A DNA stretch of 63,377 nucleotides, filler included, from Halocafeteria seosinensis (lineage: Eukaryota), in assembly GCA_001687465.1 (NCBI GenBank). It is 7 parts of 7 records of this genome, joined end to end, with 100 filler letters (N's around TTAATTAATTAA, not from the genome) between each part and the next. Parts side by side here need not be neighbours in the genome. Positions count along the whole stretch, not along the records: positions 40,699 to 59,838 come from LVLI01000011.1; positions 59,939 to 61,984 come from LVLI01000014.1; positions 62,085 to 63,377 come from LVLI01000015.1; 4 more parts are not named here. One strand, written 5' to 3'. This document shows, in pieces, positions 56,328 through 63,377 of the stretch; positions within the stretch are counted from its first letter, which is position 1; each line of letters opens with the position of its first letter. The position numbers and the translations under genes are program-made. A model generated the notes under the pieces. That model had not been told where the DNA came from. It made no database searches and saw nothing but the letters and a program-made list of their open reading frames with translations.

Positions 56328-56843
56328 ATGCCGAAGAAGGGAGCTTCTAACACTAGTACGGCCGCTACAAGACGCCCCAATACCAGACAAACAGCTAATG
56401 AGAACCGTCAGACCCAGAAAAGAGGCCATTCACGGGAATCGGGGACGAAAAATACTCAAAAGAGGTCCAAGAAGACCTCTAACGCTAGTGTGTCCAGACA
56501 ACAGGCGTCTGCCGCGGTAAGCTCTTCCTCCGGGGAGGGGAAAGCCAGTAGCTTCTCGGCTTCCAGCGCGAAAAAAGGAAGGCCCAACGCTGGTGAGAGT
56601 GTACCGGAAGCCAATTACACCGGTAAACCAAAACTACTGATACCATCTTCGGCTACCCTTGAGGAGGAAAATAGGTTAAAGGAAGAATATAAAGCGAAAC
56701 TGGCACAGTATGGTGGGAACCGTTCTAGCGGGACTGATACAACTCCAAGGAAAAGCCACTCACAGCGACAAACAGCCGATGGTGGAGGGGACACATCCGA
56801 GCATATCGAGAGTGGAGCCGAAGGTAATACGGAAAGTGAGTAA
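56328..56843 (+). CDS. Hypothetical low-complexity protein (possibly a first exon)
   Basis: 171-aa ORF with no recognisable domain. Confidence 0.4.
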   Translation: MPKKGASNTSTAATRRPNTRQTANENRQTQKRGHSRESGTKNTQKRSKKTSNASVSRQQASAAVSSSSGEGKASSFSASSAKKGRPNAGESVPEANYTGKPKLLIPSSATLEEENRLKEEYKAKLAQYGGNRSSGTDTTPRKSHSQRQTADGGGDTSEHIESGAEGNTESE

Positions 56844-57008
56844 ACTGAGTACAAGGAATTTTGGATGTCTCAAAACGTTCCGTTTGACTCTCTGGCCACA
56901 TTTCCGTAGACAGAGAAACCTGTGGTTACCGAGACAACTCAAGAAACTGTGCCATGTAAGTTATCTTGGTGAGAACTGTATACTGATTCTTGTTCGTCTT
57001 GAATTCCC

Positions 57009-59838
57009 ATGGGCACTTGTTTGCGCGACATTGCAGCCCTGAAAAGCATTCTGCGGAACAGGTTCGATAAATTCCTCCAGCAGAAGCAATACAAAGCGTC
57101 ATGGCCCGCCGCAAAACAGGTAAAAGGCATCAAAGAGGCGTTCGAGGCCATGACGGATGATTTGGATGAGGCCTCCTTCGAGGACAAAGAAAGCCTTCAA
57201 GCGTTTCTCCAGGGCTACGTCAAGAAACACCAAGCCACCACAATCGCGGGTGAATTATTTCGGTGCTTGAAAAATGCCAGAGAAGCGCGTAAGTCTATGG
57301 TTTGTATGCGACAGTACAAATGTAGCTCAATTCCCAAATACCATATTATCCTTGGTGTTGTTGTCTTGAAATGCCGTGTTCTTTGTTTGCAGGAGGTGGT
57401 GCAGCTTCAAGTTTTATTGGCGGAGCCGGTAAGTACAGTGCGTCTGTTGTGGTTAGTATGGTCTATTATCAGTCTTTCACCATATTGTTGTGCTGTCTTG
57501 TTTTGTTTTATGTTTGCAGGTGCTTCGCGTGCTGATCCAGGTGAGTAGACGACGCCAATAGTGAAAAGAAGTGCTACTATAGCAGCGCGATTCCGCTACT
57601 TTTTTGTGTGTATGACTTCTTTCGTCCGAATTGCAGCTCTTGACCTCGCCAGGAGGCTCATTACCATGATAAGAGTCAGGGAAAATAGTCTGAACGATGA
57701 AAAGAAGCCGCCATACTATGTTCTCAGTGATTGTTTGCGTCCGGAGGGCCATGCCGGGGACATGATACGCCAGCGGCGGTGCATTGACAAGACAAAGAAT
57801 CTAAAGAAATTAATCGATCCAACGAGAAAAGTCCATCAGAATGTATTGCACTTGCAATACCCCCGACGTTTTGGCAAGTCGTTTGCACTTTCTTTTTTTC
57901 GATCAGCAATGTCAGATGGTTACTTTGAAGACGAAACCCAGTATTCCGAATACATTCAAGGGCTAAAAAGTTTAGAGGAAGGAGAGGATTTTATTAAGAG
58001 CCCATTGCATCCATCAGTTTTTATCAGCCTTGTTTCTGTTACGAGTGATCGGGACATGAGAAAAACCATTATAGAGAGTTTTCGGGAAGAAGGCATTTTG
58101 CTTGAGTCGCAAAGTACTGATGGAACACCCAAGACCGTCGGTAACCTCTTCAAGGAAGGTATTGAGGCACTTAGCAATTTGTGGAAGAGCGCCATTGAAC
58201 AATCGAACGGGCATTTGAGCTATTCCACTGTTTCTTCTAAAGTTATTGTCCTCATCGATGAGTTTGATAATCCATGGCGAAGGGGATTGGAATCTCTTTC
58301 AGAGGAACGCAGCAGATCCGGACCAAAAACGCCCGAAGAAGCTGAGGAATTTATGCGCGGACAGAAGCAAGTTCTGGAACGTTCGTTGGAGGAGACCAAA
58401 GGCCTTTTAGCCACGATAAAAAGTATACTTGTCGGTCAGAAAAAATACATCCATGGTGTGCTTATAGTGTCGCTGTTATCGATCTCAGGTATCGGTTTGT
58501 CCGATCTGGAACTCGTGGACACTTGTCGCGACCCGACGTATGGCGGTGTGGTTGGTATAACAGAAACGGAAATGGTTAAAGCTTTTGAGAACTCGTATAA
58601 AGAGACGGAAGAAGGGGCGTTGAAGGTGATTGGAGAGAGTGAGTTATCGACAGCTTTCAACGAGATCAAGAACGAACTACGTTATCCTTTATTAGTTAAA
58701 GCAGCTACGGCAAGTTCTGGAGACTGCAGTCGTGTTTGGTATTCCTACTTCAAACAGCGATACAATGGTTTCCAGTTTACAGCCTTTCAAAACAACGAAG
58801 AACAAATCAAGATTGGCGGGGTTTTCTNACCTCGCGATTTTTATCACTTTCTGTGGGAATTGAGGCTTGAACCCAAACGTGTACGGGATTGGAGGGAGTC
58901 ATGGGTAGAAGGATATATGACCCTGTTTTCCGCGATAAATGAGTACGTGGACGCTGTTGTGGATGCCTTCTTCGGGGGGGTTATAGAGGAGGCTCGTTTG
59001 GAGGAAACACTGCCCTTGGATTGCTTCTTTAAATACGAGGGTGACTTGTATGCTCTGCGGCTACTACTCCTTGAATTGGGCTTTCTCAAGATTGAGAGCG
59101 TCAGACGCGTCAATGGTTCTTGCGAATATTTACTTCGCCCGTCACACACAATCGCCTTGGATCTGTTGCTAGACAACTCCCGAGTGCTTCAATGGTTAAG
59201 ACGAGAGTCGTTCTCGTTACTTGACGAAGGGCAGATTGATGAGCTAACATCCACTAAGGCTACGTTAGATGGCGTTCCTCCTTCTAACTGTTTTGATGGC
59301 AAATTGTTCGAATATATAAAAACATCGATTAAATGGGTATCGACGGTTGCTTCCGAAACTGGTTACGACATATTTCGCGAGTATGAATGCCAGCACTACT
59401 TCGTCAAACTCCTGCGTCGTCGGCTGCATACTAAAGAACCAGAAAAGCAGGAAAGCATTGGGGTTTGGCAAGAGAAACCGCAGACTTATGTGGACTATAA
59501 TAGTGTATGCACGGATATTTTTTTGACTATTCGGGCGTTGCGCGCTGCGATTGAATTGAAACGAGTTACAGACTCCATTGACTCTAACAGGGCTGAAGCC
59601 GCACTATGGGCGGCTTGGTTGCAAGCAACAAAGCTAGTGCAAAATGACGAGGGCGAAGTGACGGAGGCCTTTGCTGGGGCGACGAACAAAGTCTGTTACG
59701 CAGTGGTGTACTGTGTATTTGAAGGTCGTGTAGAAGTCCTGGTTAGACGTGCTGCTGTTCCCGAGGGGGAAAGGATAGCAATTGAAAATTACCAGGAATA
59801 CACCCTGAAATATGGCTCGGATTTGANCAAAGAACCAA
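57009..59838 (+). CDS. Crinkler-like AAA-ATPase + PD-(D/E)xK nuclease gene, 4 exons
   Basis: Exons 57009-57288, 57393-57428, 57520-57540, 57637-59838 (phase-1 GT-AG introns); YPRRFGKS, VLIDEFD, YNGFQF, REYECQ..TDIFL..AIELK; paralogue of 12269-14279. Confidence 0.8.
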
Positions 59839-60069
59839 NNNNNNNNNNNNNNNNNNNNNNNNNNNNNNNNNNNNNNNNNNNNTTAATTAATTAANNNNNN
59901 NNNNNNNNNNNNNNNNNNNNNNNNNNNNNNNNNNNNNNAACGAGCTCCGCCAGAATCTGTAGATGACGAAGAAGATGCAGACCACCAAGATACCGATACC
60001 TATGATAACACGACTTCTCTCGATAACGATACGAACACAGTCTACGGACTTATTCCCAACGATCCTACG

Positions 60070-61984
60070 ATGAGGCTCCTCCTTCACAAATTTCAGTACA
60101 CTGCGGATACAATCCCTCGACGAGTTCCATTCACTGACCAACATCCACAGGCTGACACGCACCAACTTGTACTTCGGCGAAGAGCCTACGCTGTCATATC
60201 CAATGGACGACGAATGGATGACCTCAGCATCCTTTCCATCGATGTCACATCCGCTGTGTGTAATACCACAACGAGCGCCGAAACAGCAACCCTAGGAAAT
60301 CCCGATGATGACCATTACCCTGATAACATCCACAACAACGAGCACGACATCAGAATCAGTACTAACCATGCAGCCACAAACGGCTACGATCACAAGGATA
60401 CAAGTACTCATAATGACAAAAAGGTTGGCAATTCAATCCATAACCCAGCCGACATGAAACGTCGACAAGTGTATCTTGCAAAATATGTGCTCGGACTACT
60501 CGAACCGTTCAGAGAGCCGCCAAACGACGATGAAAATCAATGGATTTCCCGAGTACAATCTTTTATTCAAACCGCTCAGCTACATAAGCATACTTCGTTC
60601 GCCTGGTACATACTTTGTAACCTCCAGGATCATTACGAAAGCAAACAAAAAGCTCAAGAAGAAGCTCGGCAACGGGAAGCAGAGCAGCAAGTCGACGTCC
60701 CACCATCTCCAGAAAACCAAGACCAACCAGCAGAATCTCCATATACCGCTCCCGGCGACGCCGAAACTTCCAATGATTTACGTCGGCATATCTCTCAGGA
60801 ACTGGAAAAAACGACTCTTTCAGCAATGGAATTACACATTGCGTCCTTGGACACCACCACGTTCCCCTATCGAAGCACTTACCAAGAAGCTTCAACTCGA
60901 TACTTGTCAATCTACCAAGGAGGACATATTCTCAAAGCGTGGGACGATATCAAGCAACTAAGCGATCCTAATTATTCGACCGCAAACAGCGACGACCTCA
61001 GTGTCAACCAGATAGTCGAAACACTGCAAAACAGTGACGACGCACGTCATCCACTGGAGCACCCTGCCCCTGCTTTTCTCGCTGTACAAGCAATTTTGGG
61101 CAGACAACCCACCCACACACTACCCTCGGCCCACGAAACTCCGGAACTACGAGTTCAAGATTCCTTTCCGTCCATTCAAACTCTAATCAATGCCTTTGAA
61201 TTGAACGAAGTACAAGGGGCAGCCTTTCGACTCCTCACAACAGCTCTCCTACTCCCACTTATCAAAAACAACTTCTCCCTCTTCATGACCGACAGTCAGA
61301 AAACACTAGCAGAGATGGCCATTGCACAAGCAAACGCTTATACGACTCCTATCCACGACTCCCATGGAGTGTCAACAGGAGGAATCAGAATTCTAATTCA
61401 CGGCGCCGGGGGAACTGGTAAGTCGTACATTATACGAACGCTACGTTGCTTCGCCGAGCGTTGGCAATTATCGAATAGTCTACGAGTCACTGCAACCACT
61501 GGGTCGGCAGCAATTCTAATTGGAGGAACAACATACCACAGTTTGCTTGGCTTCTCAAAGTACAAAAATATCCGGAAGCACAANGAGTGTCGCTATCGCG
61601 CATTTCAAGAAANTTCCTGTATTGTGATTGATGAAATGAGTATGTTGGGTCAAAACGGTTTACAGCTCATTGATTCCCAACTTCGAAAACTACGAAACAC
61701 TCCTCATACNCCATTTGGGGGCATCTCCATCGCCCTCTTTGGGGACTTCTACCAATTACCGGCAGTCCAGGATACCCCTTTGTATGCGTCCGGAGCTTTC
61801 TCAGATCGGTTTGCACCGTTTTTGGACACATCAATTTATTTGGAAGCTAACATTCGCGCACAAACATGCTCGACACTGTCGCGAGTTTGCACTGCTCTGC
61901 GACTCAAGCAAGACAAAGAATTCGTCTTCGCCACCGTTAACGAACGGGTTCTCCCTGTGCCCACAAATGCACAGTATGTTATCA
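60070..61984 (+). mobile_element. PIF1-family helicase, probably from a Helitron-like element (partial)
   Basis: HGAGGTGKS, ATTGSAA..GGTTYHS, IDEMSM, PFGGI..GDFYQLPAV. Confidence 0.8.
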
Positions 61985-62084
61985 NNNNNNNNNNNNNNNN
62001 NNNNNNNNNNNNNNNNNNNNNNNNNNNNTTAATTAATTAANNNNNNNNNNNNNNNNNNNNNNNNNNNNNNNNNNNNNNNNNNNN

Positions 62085-63377
62085 TTATGTGAATGCCTGT
62101 TCCTGGCTCTTTGGGAATGGGTCGTATCATTGCCGTCTTGAACACTGCCGGTACTTCGCCTGTTTGAAGAATTTCATTTACCACCTGTAATATCTCCTCT
62201 TTAATTTTCGGCGCGGCATATAATAGCATTCGATATGTTACTCGTGACGCGCCGGGGGATGTGGTTTTTAATCGTATTGCATAGTCAAATTCTGATTTTG
62301 TGATTTTACTTACGATTGAAAACCACATGTTTTCTTTGCAGGCTGATTTAACATGAAGTTCGCTGACAATTTCAGGAGGAATTCCGAGATGATTCGTGTG
62401 AATCCACTTTTTGATCCTATTCAAGATCTCCTCTTTAGGTTGTGTAACGTCAGTTTCGGGACCAGGTGGTTCCATTGGCGGTACCCAATTCCTCAATTGC
62501 TCCAAAGTTTGCTCTTCTCGTCTTGTATAATCAACATCTTCTGTCATCTCATCGGTTGCTGCCATAGGGTCCGCATTTCGTTCAAATATATCATCAAACA
62601 TTCTCTTAAGGAACTTGTAACTATCTGTTGTAGGCGCATCACCATTTTTCTTTAATCTCATCTCTTTTTGTATTACATTTAGCTTTTCTTCATAGTGTCG
62701 TCTCCACTGGGCTATTTGTGAACGGCGATGAATATACCGACAATGCACCATTTTTCGTATTATCCCCAGCAGGCTCTTGCAATTAGTTCTTTGTTCGGCT
62801 TTTCTCAACAGTTTGACGACTTTCGCCGTGTGTCTCCATTGTTTTCTACACAGTTGATTCCTGCTTGAGCCGTGTTCTCTTTGGGAGCATATATTGTTGC
62901 TTCTTGGACAAATTGATTCATGCGTAGTTTTAATCACCTTCAGTAACCATTGGATACGCTCTGAAACTCCTTTTTGACTAAATTTATAAGGGATCCGCAG
63001 ATTATCTTGCTGGGTTTGAATGCGATAGTAGCATCGGCCCAATGAAAACACTCTTTGGATGTCCGGGGTCTCTAGAAAGATCTTTGCATTCTCATATGCT
63101 TCCGCCGAGCTCAGAAACTCATACTTATAAGAATGATTATTCAACAGCGTCCTTCTCAAAGACTTTAATGTGAACCCATAATACCCCAAAAGTCCATCGA
63201 TTCTTCCTGTTGTCATCCACGCATCTTTTCCGGAAAACAGTGTTAAGTACGAATTTGTGTCCGGAGAGTATTTTCGCATTCCATCACGGAACGTCTTCTC
63301 TAATTGGCCTTCAGCAGACGCCTTTACTTCTTCCGTCGATGTTTCCAACGTTTCTATCTCTCCCAGAACCATTTGAT
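62085..63377 (-). mobile_element. LINE-type retrotransposon ORF2 fragment (end of endonuclease, linker, start of RT)
   Basis: GRIDGLL; TSPGASRVTYRML..NEILQTGEVPAVFKTAMIRPIPK. Confidence 0.8.

Overview
Eukaryotic (protist-like) DNA: genes have short GT-AG introns and there is a TTAGGG telomere. The window is seven contigs joined by artificial 100-nt N/TTAATTAATTAA linkers, so adjacency across linkers is unproven. The main feature is an AT-rich endogenous virophage region (~14392-35411, two contigs). It encodes all four virophage core genes: major capsid protein (1-nt frameshift), penton, A32-like packaging ATPase and adenain-like protease. It also encodes an rve-chromodomain integrase AND a tyrosine recombinase, a split primase-helicase, two GIY-YIG nucleases, a lipase, fibre-like proteins and a Pol-beta-like nucleotidyltransferase. 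Its left edge lies inside an intron of a Crinkler-like AAA-ATPase/nuclease host gene. Its right edge is cut mid-gene and capped by (TTAGGG)n. A 1.7-kb block is present twice with many synonymous differences, suggesting two related virophage strains. Host flanks hold three Crinkler-like genes built from phase-1 Gly-rich microexons, decayed transposons (CRE/R2-like, Crypton-like, hAT, LINE, PIF1/Helitron-like), a perfect 78-bp palindrome, and ordinary genes (AP2 factor, triple FABP-like protein, HID1, V-ATPase E). All family calls come from motif recognition by eye; no searches were run.
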